From Eledone cirrhosa (Eukaryota): 64,000 nt of DNA. Both the position numbers and the translations under genes were made by a program. Location of the stretch: positions 35,960,001-36,024,000 of the forward strand of contig OZ024750.1 of assembly GCA_964016885.1 (NCBI GenBank), in the 5' to 3' direction. Below, piece by piece: positions 1-10,660 of this stretch (position 1 is the stretch's first letter; every line of letters begins with the position of its first letter). The notes below the pieces were generated by a model. That model was not told where the DNA came from and ran no database searches. It saw only the letters and a list, made by a program, of their open reading frames with translations.

Positions 1-408
1 ACTTTACAGTGTGGGCTGGGTGCTTTTTTGCCATGGCACCTCCATGACCACCTTGCAGTGGGAGGGTGTAGGGGCATATTGTCTATATGCTTCAGCTTGT
101 ACCCATGGGAGGTCGGGTACTCTCTATTACTGCGTGATGCCAGAAGTCACAGTCGTGTCTCATCGCCTTTGAGAGGTGTAATTGGGTAAGGTCGGCTTTT
201 ATCACCTCATCCCAGGTCTTCTTGGGTCGCCCCACTCTGCGGTTTCCATTGACTTCTAGTGCTCTGCACCTTTTTATGCAGCTGTCATCCTTCATACGCA
301 TCACATGTCCATACCAATGCAACCGCCTCTCCTGCACACAGCATTTGATTCCTTTGATGCTCAGTCTCTCTCTCAATTCATTTATGCTTTGTCGTTCGCG
401 TATATTAC

Positions 409-409
<1 letters not shown>
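1..409 (-). mobile_element. 5'-truncated RTE-clade LINE 3' end (family A), running off the left edge of the window
   Basis: ORF 92..376(-) has the RTE C-terminal motif 'QERRLHWYGHVMRM...GRPKKTWDEVI'. Near-identical sequence occurs at 38890-39530(-), 18081-18470(+) and 49061-49530(+). Confidence 0.85.

Positions 410-478
<69 letters not shown>
410..478. repeat. (TA)n microsatellite
   Basis: Direct reading. Confidence 0.95.
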
Positions 479-480
<2 letters not shown>

Positions 481-614
481 GTCTAGAGGTGGAAGATAAT
501 TGTGTCTGTAAGCAGTATGCCAGGTGAGCACTCGATGCTCTTGCAGAGCAGAGTATTAATAGTATAAGAATAAAGGAACCAAGAATCAGTAGTGCATCAT
601 AACATATTTAATAA

Positions 615-727
615 CATATTACATATGTTTCACTGTCGATCAGCTCGAGGAACCATCTATTATTGATTGAACCTGACTCTGGAATCGAATATGATATGCT
701 TCAATATGTAAGCTCCTCTCAGATATA
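615..727 (-). ncRNA. degenerate hammerhead-ribozyme-like motif in a probable PLE 3' end
   Basis: Minus strand reads CTGAGAG...GAAACATATGTA with a palindromic stem III (ACATATGT). The core lacks one nucleotide of CUGANGA. It lies between (TA)n tracts. Confidence 0.35.
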
Positions 728-952
728 TATATATATAGATATTAATAATAATTGTTTCTACTTTTGGCACAAGGCTAGCAATTACCCCAGTGCATTACTG
801 GTACTTTATTTTATTGACCCCTAATAATAGAGAGGGTCGCAGCCCTATGACTGAACTCTTGCCGTTTCAACAGCTAATCCCAGACTCTAATATACTCACT
901 CTCTACTGTATATACATCATAACATATTTAATAAATATTTTCCATTTTTTAC

Positions 953-987
<35 letters not shown>

Positions 988-1099
988 GTTGAGTAATAAT
1001 TCAAGAGCACTTTTTTTTAATTTAAAAATGCACAGACCAAAATACTTGAGCAAAAAAATGCTCATGAATTATTACTCAACCTTATATATATATATATAT

Positions 1100-1195
1100 C
1101 ATCATCATTCTACGTTCGCTTTTCCCTGTTTGCAAGGGTTGGACGGGTCCTATTCAGCACAGCATCTCTCCACTTGTCACGGTCCTTCGTCATCC
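1100..1195 (-). mobile_element. short RTE 3'-end fragment (family B)
   Basis: Matches 32541-32640 and ends in a (CAT)n tail. Confidence 0.7.
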
Positions 1196-2620
1196 CACCC
1201 ACCCCCACATAACCCATCACACTTCATACCCCACACCCTGTACAGTGACAAGTTCCCTTGGATACCTTCATTGATGCCCGCCATAGCATAGTAAACCAAT
1301 TTGACTTCTGCCACCACTCCAAATGGAGTAACATCATTTGGGGTGAACTCCTCGCTCTCTGCTCCCTCCGTAACCACAATGACATCATCAAACTGGTGGA
1401 CAAGGACGGTGCCGTGGTGAATCGTGCACAGACCTTTACATAGCTGAGGATATCAGGCAGTCCGCAACCCCCTCTTCTACTGCCTCTTACTCTCTTACCC
1501 TCTGATCCCCCCCCCCACTACCAGCAACAAGTTTCCTCCACCATCCAACACCTCGTCTCCTCCTCCCTTTTACATCCAACTGCCTCCAACCTCATCGTCC
1601 ATGCCCCTACAATCTACTTCCTCCCCAAATTTCACAAACCCGACACCCCCGGCTGCCCCCATCGTCTCCGCCTGCCACTGCCCCCATCGTCTCCGCCTGC
1701 CACTGCCCTACCGATCTAATCTCTGCTTTCTTTGACTCCATCCCCCACCTCCCTTGTTACAGCTCTCACATTTCTGACACCAACCACACGCCCCCCCCCC
1801 ACCTTTCCACCTGGCCCACCTGCCCTCTTCACCCATGACATAAAATCCCTTTACACTGTCATCTCCCATGGTGATGGCCTACGTGCCCTCCAACACTACC
1901 ATGACCTTCGCCCCTCCCCCTTCCCCTGCACCTCCACGCTCCTCCGCCTTGCCTAGCTGATCCTCACTCTTAACTGCTTCTCTTTCTCAGGTGAATTTTA
2001 CCAGCAAGTCACCGGGGTAGCCATTGGCACAAGAATGGGCCTCATCTACGGCAACCTTTTCGTTGGCCACTTTGAGGCCCAGATCTTTGCCCAATACACT
2101 GGTCCCACCCCTGAACTATACAGTCATTATATTGACGACTATATCAGTGCCACGACTCTCACCCGGGAACAGTTCGACTCCTTTCTCTCTTTCCTCTGCT
2201 CCTTCCATCCATCCCTCCCTCCGTCCACCACCACCTCCATCCACTTCTTGGACATCTCCATCGCCATCGACTCCCCCACACCACCACCACCGCTCACTCA
2301 TCACCTCTACTTTCTTTAAACCTACTGACTCCCACTCCTACCTCGACTTTACCTCCTCCCACCCCACTCACACCAAACACTCCATTCCCTACTCCCAAAT
2401 TCTCCAGATCTGCTGCTATTGCAGCCCGTGATGTGGACTTTGAAACCCAAGCCCTTTCTCTGGTTCATTTCACCCAAGGCGTTAACACCCTCCCCTCCTT
2501 TTTCCATGCCGCCCTTACCCGTGCCACCACCCTACCCCAAGCCCTTTCCCTCTCACCTACAACCCCGCCACCCTACCCCTCTAACGAACCATCCTGTCTC
2601 TTCCAACAGTAAGACCACTC
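1196..2620 (+). mobile_element. degenerate Penelope-like element, reverse transcriptase region
   Basis: Frameshifted PLE RT motifs in order: DKDGAVV, IYFLPKFHKPDTPG, LFTHDIKSLYT, YQQVTGVAIGTRMG..YGNLFVG, YSHYIDD, IHFLDISI, FFKPTDSHSYLDFTSSHP..TKHSIPYSQ. Confidence 0.85.
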
Positions 2621-2638
2621 CACCCACCCCATCTTAGA

Positions 2639-2862
2639 GATGCCTCTACAGCATGTATGGATGTCTGTACAACATGTATGTATGCCTGTACAACATGTAT
2701 GGATGTCTGTAAAATGTAGAGATGCCTGTACAACATGTATGGTTGTCTGTACAACATGTATGTATGCCTGTACAACATGTATGGATGTCTGTACTACATG
2801 TATGGATGTCTGTACTACATGTATGTATGTCTGTACTACATTTGTGGATGCCTCTAAAATGT
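2639..2862. repeat. 21-bp minisatellite (GATGTCTGTACAACATGTATG), about 10 copies
   Basis: Direct tandem periodicity. Confidence 0.9.
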
Positions 2863-3259
2863 AGGGATCAGTTTCCTCAGTCATGCATGAGAAATACAAT
2901 AAGAACATACAAGAAGGGAAAATATGAAAGGAACTAGTTGGAAACAAAGAAAAGCCACTGCTGACATCAGCACTGAAAGACAGATGTACCATTGGAAGAT
3001 AAAACAAAAATAGAAAACTATTGGAAATTAAATCTGTATTTGTTTTTATTTTTTTAATCTGAAAAAACTAATATTCTAAATATATTTCTTTGTTATTAAT
3101 ACAAATAATATATATGTCTTTGTTATAGATATGAAGTGAATAGATTAGAAATATATGTATTGATATGTTTATCTCATCACAGAATATATATCTCTATAGC
3201 CAAGTTGTCTACCTCTGAAGAAAAAATATATTAAAACATTGATGTATTATTTGATATAC

Positions 3260-3456
3260 AGGGTGGTGGATTGGCAGTATCGGTAGAGGGTCAGATGCCA
3301 TGCTTTGCAGCAAAGAGTTACGCCCCTTTATGGTCTGAGTTCAAATCTCGCCGAGGTTAACTTTGCCTTTCATCCTTACGGGGGTCGATAAAATAAAGTA
3401 CCAGTAATACACTGGTATAATTGCTGGCCCTGTGCCAAAAAGTAGAAACAATTATT
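3260..3456 (+). mobile_element. tRNA-derived SINE, group 1 (central CTTTCATCCTTACGGGGTCGATAAAATAAAGTACCAG domain, (ATT)n tail)
   Basis: A-box-like TGGCAGTATCGG and B-box GAGTTCAAATC. About 20 copies in the window. The central domain resembles the Nin/Deu-type SINE core (from memory). Confidence 0.85.
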
Positions 3457-3696
3457 TGATATACAGACAGATATGTCATATATCTTAACCCTTTAGCATG
3501 TAAGCTGGCCATATCCGGCCAGAATTCTCTCACTTCTTTCTGTTCAAACTAGCCATAACCGACTGGTTGTTAAGGAGCAACAGATTTGCTGTGGAATCCA
3601 AAATGTGACATCTACTTCTTACCAAGGAGCAAAGGGTAAGTCCTTCTGGCTTCTTTCCATCAACTCTGGACTATCTGGCCTGTTGGCTGGCTCCAG

Positions 3697-4149
3697 AAAT
3701 GGGGTCATATTTACTTTATATCATGCCCTAGTGATCTTGGGCTTTTGAGAATTTCAGAGTGAATGGGGTCATATTTGCTTTACATCCTGCCCTAGTGATC
3801 TTGGGCTTTTGAGAATTTCAGAATGAATTGGGTCATATTTGCTTTACATCATGCCCTAGTGATCTTGGGCTTTTGAGAATTTTAGAGTGAATTGGGTCAT
3901 ATTTGCTTTACATCATACCCTAGTGATCTTGGGCTTTTGAGAATTTCAGAGTGAATTGGGTCATATTTGCTTTACATCATGCCCTAGTGATCTTGGGCTT
4001 TTGAGAATTTCAGAGTGAATGGGGTGATATTTGCTTTACATCATGCCCAAGTGATCTTGGGCTTTTGAGAATTTCAGAGTGAACGGGGTGATATTTGCTT
4101 TACATCATGCCCTAGTGATCTTGGGCGTTTGAAAATTTCAGAGTGAATG
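3697..4149. repeat. 64-bp tandem repeat, about 7 copies
   Basis: Unit GAGTGAATGGGGTCATATTTGCTTTACATCATGCCCTAGTGATCTTGGGCTTTTGAGAATTTCA recurs at 3757, 3821 and onward. Confidence 0.9.
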
Positions 4150-4477
4150 ATGTTGTTACCATTGGCTTCAGTAAAGCTTTCATTCATGTATAACTGTTGC
4201 TTGTGGTGGTGATAGGATTAACAGCATCTTGTTGATCTAGTTGATCTTATCAATACTCCCTGGTCCGTGGCATGGAAGCTCCTATCTTGTGTGTGACTGT
4301 GGCATCGAACTACAGACTACACAGACTAAATATGCCCCCTACAGAGAATTGGACTTGGCAGAGTTTAATGAGACAGGACAGCAATATGTTCAGCTGTGGC
4401 GGAACCACATCTAGCCAAGCTCTGTAGCTGACACTCTTGTGGACACGATAAGGAGTCATATATAGTATAAGTTAAAT

Positions 4478-4778
4478 TGTATGTCTGTTTGTTTAGCCTG
4501 CCTTTTTGTCTGTCTGTCTGCACGTCTGTTGTCTGTCTGCCTGATTGTCTGTCTGCCACCCTGTCTGTCTGTGTGTCCGTATGTTCATCAGGTTGTCTGT
4601 CTGTAGAGTCTGCCTGCCTCTGTCAGTCTGTCTCCACGTCTGTCAGTCAGTCTGTCTGCCTATCTGTCAGTCAGTATGTCACTATGCCTGTCAGTCAGTA
4701 TGTCACTCTGCTTGTCAGTCAGTCTGTCACTCTGCCTGTCTGCCTGTCTGACTGATTGTCTGTCTGTCTGTCTGTCTG
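4478..4778. repeat. imperfect (TCTG/TCAG)n microsatellite that continues at 10393-10450
   Basis: Direct reading. The tract is split by the LINE insertion. Confidence 0.9.
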
Positions 4779-4952
4779 AGGATAGTAGACGTGTGTCATA
4801 TCGCTCTGTGATTTGGATTTTTACCTGCTAATTTTGTGAGTGGATTTTTTTGAATTATTTTGTATAATTAACTGTAACCCCTAGTCTGGGACTCTAGACG
4901 TCGGGTAAATATATTTTCACCCCTTTTGGGGTGAAAAATAAATATTTGAGAA

Positions 4953-6707
4953 ATGTTTATCGATATCGTTGATAACGATATCGTCGAAAACGATATCGCC
5001 ATATTGGAAGCGAACGCCACGCCGACCAAAAAAACAAGCGGGAAAGAGGGAACAACAGTTCAAACTGTTGAACAACCCCTCCTCTCCAATGAAAAAAAGA
5101 ATTTCAATTCAAATGAAAAAATTAATTTTGAAGAAAAAAATAGCACCACAAATAAGGAAACCAACAACATTACAACAACAAACAAAGACAAAATTTCTTT
5201 TGCCCAAACACTTAGGAGAGCCACGGAATACAAAGCCATTGACATCACGAACGCCAAGGAAAATTTGCTAGAGGCTAGAAAATACGTATCTTTTGGAGAG
5301 GATGGTTCTTTTACGATCAACTCCCCAGAAGAAGTGCGTGAACAGATTTACAAGAATACCGTAAGCTACAGAACCATAACCAACGAAACGAGAAAGCCAG
5401 CGCAATTGACCGAAAGTCAAATCGAGCTGGTTCTGAAAGAAATTAAAAATGACATACTCTTTATTCAAAGAGGAAAGCTGTATGCCAGCATTATGGTCCG
5501 AATGAAGGACGAAATGCTGGCTCAGAAATATTCGGTGGCACCTATAGTGTCACCACATTACACCTTCTTCCCCACATATAAAGGAAGAAGAACACAAAGG
5601 ATAAGAATGTGGAGCCCTACGCCAGAAATTAACATCTGGTCCGTCCTAACAGGATTTACCGACCTAGATAAGGACATACTAATTTCAGCAGGGGAGTCCA
5701 CCAGTGGACTGTTCGGGGGGAAAAGTCTGGAGGTTCTCTTACAGATGACACCTGAGAGAATCTCCGGAATACCCGACCGAGTGCTACTGGATGGGCGAAC
5801 CTACATAAATATCACAGTGGAAGGCAGGAGACCCTCATGTTACCACTGCGCTGGCAGAGGTCACCTGAGGACGGCCTGCCCTCTACTAACAACAAAAAAA
5901 CCACTGCTACAAACACCACAACAACAACAAAAACAACCAGCACCACCATCGCAAAAACAACAAAATACACTACCATCACCACCAGAACAACAAAAACCAA
6001 CAACACCACCACCACCACAACAACAACAACAACATCAACAACAACTCAAGAAAACAACCCAAAACACGGTCCCACCCAGCCCCACCCCACAGAACACAAA
6101 TACAAAAACAGTTCATACACAACCCGGAGATATACCCCTCCCCTCCAATACGGAAGAGGAGCTCATATCGTCGGAAGACGAGGGGGCTCCCTTCCAAAAA
6201 GTGAAAAGAAAAAAACGTACACACACCACAACAACAAAAATAACCCCACCTGACAACACAACACAGACAATAAAACGCAAACTCACTCAACAACAACAAG
6301 CAAAAACAAACACAACAACACAAAAACTCTACACATACATAAACAAAAACAATGAAAACCTAACTTTAAAAATAGAAACCAACCCTTCGATACAAACCGA
6401 AGGGCCGAATTTCGTAACGGCAATGGGGCTCCCTAACCTGAAAATGGTGAAAATCCCACTTGACATTTTTAAAACTTTAAAAGACATGTACCCTGAGGAC
6501 GTGGGCCCACCCTGCACCAGGCCACTCAACCGCGTCCTCCTGAAAGGTTTTCCCCTCCCCTCCTCAAACACCCACACAACTCCAAAGATCCCAACCCCTC
6601 CACACACCAATACCCCCACACCACCACAAACCACCACCCCACCCATCAACCCCGCCACCAGCCCCATGGAAACTGAGCGACCCGAACCCCGGGACGCAGA
6701 GAGGTAA
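4953..6707 (+). CDS. LINE ORF1 (gag-like nucleic-acid-binding protein), 584 aa
   Basis: CX2CX4HX4C zinc knuckle CYHCAGRGHLRTAC, Q/P/T-rich low-complexity C-terminal half, basic KVKRKKR patch. Sits 23 nt upstream of ORF2. Confidence 0.88.
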   Translation: MFIDIVDNDIVENDIAILEANATPTKKTSGKEGTTVQTVEQPLLSNEKKNFNSNEKINFEEKNSTTNKETNNITTTNKDKISFAQTLRRATEYKAIDITNAKENLLEARKYVSFGEDGSFTINSPEEVREQIYKNTVSYRTITNETRKPAQLTESQIELVLKEIKNDILFIQRGKLYASIMVRMKDEMLAQKYSVAPIVSPHYTFFPTYKGRRTQRIRMWSPTPEINIWSVLTGFTDLDKDILISAGESTSGLFGGKSLEVLLQMTPERISGIPDRVLLDGRTYINITVEGRRPSCYHCAGRGHLRTACPLLTTKKPLLQTPQQQQKQPAPPSQKQQNTLPSPPEQQKPTTPPPPQQQQQHQQQLKKTTQNTVPPSPTPQNTNTKTVHTQPGDIPLPSNTEEELISSEDEGAPFQKVKRKKRTHTTTTKITPPDNTTQTIKRKLTQQQQAKTNTTTQKLYTYINKNNENLTLKIETNPSIQTEGPNFVTAMGLPNLKMVKIPLDIFKTLKDMYPEDVGPPCTRPLNRVLLKGFPLPSSNTHTTPKIPTPPHTNTPTPPQTTTPPINPATSPMETERPEPRDAER

Positions 6708-6730
6708 GTGCCTCTTTCTTTGCCACCAAC

Positions 6731-9700
6731 ATGGCTGTCTTAAGAGTGGGTTGTCTAAATGCGCGTGGCCTGGGCTCACCTTGGAAGCAAGCTAAACTTC
6801 TAAGTGACCTCAGGTCACAATGTGTAAATGTGATGGTTATTTGCGAGGCCCGGATCAGCAGCATGCGACAGCTAACCCCCACCTTTGATGACTTTGAGAT
6901 GCACGCATCTCTCTGTCAGCCCGGAGGTGGGGGTGGGGTTGTCGTTCTGCTGCAAAAACATCTGGGTCTCGCTACACAGACGGTACACTTGGACCCGGAG
7001 GGTCGACTCGTGGTTCTGGACCTTGGCAATGGCGAAGGCGAAGCTTTTAGGCTTGTCGCCGTATACGCCCCTTTTGGGGCAATGCGGTCGGACTTCTTCC
7101 ATCGTCTGGAGACTTTTCTAGGGACGTCCCGCTCCTTGCTTTTAGTGGGGGACTGGAATGGTATCCTAGATGCACGTTGGGACTATGTAGGGGCATGTCC
7201 CGATAGAGGGGGGTGTAACAGCCTTAAGGGGTTAATCGGCCGATTCGACCTGGCCGATAGATACCGACTAGATTTTCCGACTGTACCAACCTGGACCTGG
7301 TCAAATAACAGTGGTCAATCTAGATCGTACCTAGATAGGTTCTTAGTTAGAATTAAGGATAGGGACTTTTTAAGTTGTCCAGAAATGCTCATGGTGGGCT
7401 ATTCAGACCACAAGTTAGTGACCTGCGTAGTCCACCTTGATAGAACGCATAGGCAGGGGCCCGGTTACTGGAAGCTCAACTTGTCCTTACCGGCAAGTAG
7501 AGCTTACAGGGACCGGATTAGAACCTTAGTTAAGGAGCAGTTGACGGGCGCCATCGTCAACAACAGGTGGTGGGGCTCTCTAAAAAGAGAGATTAGAGTA
7601 GTTTCAATAGGAGTTAGTAAGGAGTTAGCCTCAGATAGAAATAGGAAGGAAAGGGAGTTGGTAGTTAATGTTGAAGAGGCAATGAGAAGCGGCAACGTGG
7701 CCAGAGTGCAAGCGTCGAGAACGGTCTTGAACCAGTTCTTCGACGCGAAACACGAAGGCTGCGTTGTCCGAAGCAAAATACGTGCTCTGGGAAACGAGGG
7801 GACCAAAGCTGTTAGCTGGGCCCGCGTGACAGAAGCGAAAAGTGGGATTAAATCCACTATCCGGTCTTTGCGAGACCAGGATGGACGGCTGATCCTTGAA
7901 CCTAAGCAAATGTGCGAGGCCTTTCAAAGGCACTTTGCCCAATTGTTCGGGAGGGGCGGGGAGCCGGTTGGAGATGTGGATTTCGGTCCATACCTCGACG
8001 GCCTGCCGCGTCTTTCGGACAGGGAGGCGAGGTCCTGCGACGGGCCGATCTCAGCTGCTGAAATAGGGGACGTGCTGAGCCTATGCGGCAAACGCAAATC
8101 TCCAGGACTCGATGGTCTGCCCTACGAACTATATATTAATATGCCGGACTTGTTCCCCGATCTCCTCGAGGCGGTCTACTGCAACTGGCAACAGAACGGG
8201 AGAATTCCCTGTTCTGTGACCAAGGGCGTAGTCTCGCTAGTGAGGAAGGACGAGAACAAGGGGGATGACATTAGTAATTTTAGGCCCATAACTCTGCTAA
8301 ATGCAGAGTTAAAGATTTTGGCGAAGGTGTTAGCGAAGAGGTTGGCGCTTGTCGTGGGGGGCCTGGTGGGAGATGCGCAGACATGCGCTATCCCGTCCAG
8401 GTCCATCCACGACAACCTCCACCTCATGCGATACATCATAGAGAGGGTTGGGAACGAACCCGGCTTTGGTGGGGCCCTGATAAATTTAGATCAGTCTAAA
8501 GCGTTCGATAGGGTGGACCATGGTTACCTGGATGCGGTGCTAGCGGCGGCTGGGTTCGGACCCGTTTTCAGGGGCTGGATCACTGCCATGCACAGCAGCC
8601 GCATCTGCTCTAGAATCAAGGTGAACGGCTACCTTTCGGAGCCGTTCGAAATCACCCGCTCCATCCGACAGGGGTGCCCTCTCTCCTCCCTTCTGTATGT
8701 ATTGACTCTCGAGCCATTACTGCGGAAGTTGGAGTTGTTGCAGGGCATCCCTTTGGAACCGGGATTGCGCAAAGCGGTGTCGGCCTACGCCGATGACGTA
8801 ACAGTAATGGTGTCGACCGCCTCGGAAATCGAGGCAATCGGCACCTTACTAGAGGAGTACGAAAGGTTGACAGGGGCTAAGCTGAACCGGGACAAGTCAG
8901 TCGCTTTGCAACTCGGCGAGTGGAGGGGCAAAGCGATGTCGTGCGACGGTATCGTCGGACGGTGGACGGAGGGCCCGGTGAAGTTGCTTGGGGTCTGGTT
9001 CGGACCGGACCTCCAGGTGGAGAAAAACTGGGGTGAGGTGACGAATAGGGTGTTTGCACTAACCCAGAAGTGGGCCGAGTGCAAACTATCCCTAAAAGGT
9101 CGGGCGGAGGTGGCGAACGCTTACATAGCGTCCGTCATCTATTACCGCTTGACTGTCGTGCCTTGCCCGGGTGAGATCCTCGCCAAAATGGAGCGCGCCC
9201 TCTTTTATTTCCTTTGGAAGAAGAGGTCTCCTCTAGTGAGGAGATCCATCTGCTGTCAACACCCTTTGAAAGGAGGGCTGGGGATGCCGTGGCTAAAAAT
9301 GCGTAAACACGCATTGAGGCTAAGGCACCTCCACGTATTCCTCACCGGTCAACCGGTGTGGGCCCCGTTTGTGAGGCGAGCCTTCCCGAGGCTCGTCTCG
9401 CTCACCGAGCTGCAGTCCTGGGTGAAGCAAAGACCGAGAAAACTGGGCGACTGGCACACCGAGTGTGCCCAGGCGCTCACGGCTCTCTGGCAGGCGGACC
9501 CGGCTATCGACGGAGACTCCACCTCGTCATTCTATAGAGGGCTGGTGGTTAGCGGGTGCGACGACGCCCTTGGAGAAGCCCTAGGCATGGAGGAGGACGA
9601 ACTGGCCAGTCTATTCGGTAGGACTTTCGGCCCGGGACCTATGGACAACTTCCAGAAGTCCTTGGCCTGGCAGTGCTACCGAGGGGCTCTGCCCGTTCGG

Positions 9701-10168
9701 GATAAGCTCTACAGACACGGGCGCCCGGGTAGGGACCCCTCGAAAAAGATCTGTCCCAGATGCGTGCGCGACGAGGAAACCGTCGCGCACGCATTGGTGC
9801 ACTGCCCGGGCGTTGCCGATCTGTGGGGCTATGTCGAACAACTGCTGTCACGGGTGGGACCAATTAGGTTGACCACCGAGTCCATTGTAACGATCAAGCC
9901 GCCTCCCCCCTTCAAAAATGAAGGAGAGGCGGTCTTCCTCTGTGTAATAGCCATGGTAAAAGAGGCTATATGGTGGACGCGTCTGAAAGGGCTGAGGTCG
10001 GACACCTTTCTCTCCGGCCAACAACTGGTCCTTTTCTTCCGATACCATTTCGGAAGAAGGATCAGGATGGAGAGAGAGGTGCTCCACTCCAGCCAGTTTT
10101 ATGAAAGGTGGGTGAAAGTTGCGAGAATGGCCCGTGTGAATGGGCCTTCTCTCTACCTCAGCCTGTAG
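6731..10168 (+). CDS. LINE ORF2: APE endonuclease + reverse transcriptase + C-terminal zinc finger, 1145 aa
   Basis: APE motifs LNARGL, AVYAP, VGDWN, SYLDRF, SDHK. GPGYWKLN linker typical of Tx1/L1. RT motifs KSPGLDG, FRPITLLN, LDQSKAFDRV, RQGCPLS, YADD, LLGVWF. Zinc finger CPRC..EETVAHALVHC. No stops. Confidence 0.95.
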   Translation: MAVLRVGCLNARGLGSPWKQAKLLSDLRSQCVNVMVICEARISSMRQLTPTFDDFEMHASLCQPGGGGGVVVLLQKHLGLATQTVHLDPEGRLVVLDLGNGEGEAFRLVAVYAPFGAMRSDFFHRLETFLGTSRSLLLVGDWNGILDARWDYVGACPDRGGCNSLKGLIGRFDLADRYRLDFPTVPTWTWSNNSGQSRSYLDRFLVRIKDRDFLSCPEMLMVGYSDHKLVTCVVHLDRTHRQGPGYWKLNLSLPASRAYRDRIRTLVKEQLTGAIVNNRWWGSLKREIRVVSIGVSKELASDRNRKERELVVNVEEAMRSGNVARVQASRTVLNQFFDAKHEGCVVRSKIRALGNEGTKAVSWARVTEAKSGIKSTIRSLRDQDGRLILEPKQMCEAFQRHFAQLFGRGGEPVGDVDFGPYLDGLPRLSDREARSCDGPISAAEIGDVLSLCGKRKSPGLDGLPYELYINMPDLFPDLLEAVYCNWQQNGRIPCSVTKGVVSLVRKDENKGDDISNFRPITLLNAELKILAKVLAKRLALVVGGLVGDAQTCAIPSRSIHDNLHLMRYIIERVGNEPGFGGALINLDQSKAFDRVDHGYLDAVLAAAGFGPVFRGWITAMHSSRICSRIKVNGYLSEPFEITRSIRQGCPLSSLLYVLTLEPLLRKLELLQGIPLEPGLRKAVSAYADDVTVMVSTASEIEAIGTLLEEYERLTGAKLNRDKSVALQLGEWRGKAMSCDGIVGRWTEGPVKLLGVWFGPDLQVEKNWGEVTNRVFALTQKWAECKLSLKGRAEVANAYIASVIYYRLTVVPCPGEILAKMERALFYFLWKKRSPLVRRSICCQHPLKGGLGMPWLKMRKHALRLRHLHVFLTGQPVWAPFVRRAFPRLVSLTELQSWVKQRPRKLGDWHTECAQALTALWQADPAIDGDSTSSFYRGLVVSGCDDALGEALGMEEDELASLFGRTFGPGPMDNFQKSLAWQCYRGALPVRDKLYRHGRPGRDPSKKICPRCVRDEETVAHALVHCPGVADLWGYVEQLLSRVGPIRLTTESIVTIKPPPPFKNEGEAVFLCVIAMVKEAIWWTRLKGLRSDTFLSGQQLVLFFRYHFGRRIRMEREVLHSSQFYERWVKVARMARVNGPSLYLSL

Positions 10169-10660
10169 GTGGAACAGAAAGAAGGGAGCACCCTCTCTTT
10201 GTGCTCCCGTGGAGAAGGGTCGCACACTTTTTTTCGGGGGTGTGTGTGACCCCAAAACGATCCCTCCCTATTGAGGACCTTCTTGTTATTATTTTGTTTG
10301 TTATATTTTTCTTACTCGATTTTTATGTAAACTCCCCCCACCCATGTACATGTCCCTTTCTTTTGTGCCCTAGTGGCAAATAAACAGAAATTTGTCTGTC
10401 TGACTGTCTGTGTGTCAGTATGCCAGTCTGTCTGCCTGTCTGTCAGTCTGCAACTGGCAGAGTTTATTGTCACAAGAGAGATAACTTAACGATCCATTAT
10501 TGTTCCTTAACTCTCTACAGACAACTCTAATATACAAACAAATAGAGACCTTTAGGAACATTGACCTTGTACGACATGACATAATTACATGTCAAGCTGG
10601 CCAGCTACAGGCAGTTACCTACACATTCCTTTCCATATATATATCGTATATATATATATA

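Larger units (their letters stand above)
4779..10392 (+). mobile_element. full-length, apparently intact L1/Tx1-clade non-LTR retrotransposon (~5.6 kb)
   Basis: Two open ORFs, ~170-nt 5' UTR, ~220-nt 3' UTR with AATAAA at 10379-10384. TGTCTGTCTG on both sides (4769-4778 and 10393-10402) is a candidate target-site duplication. Confidence 0.92.

Noticed and set aside
4969-10383. Numerous short overlapping or antisense ORFs within the LINE
   Set aside because: They are shadows of the two real ORFs with no independent motifs.
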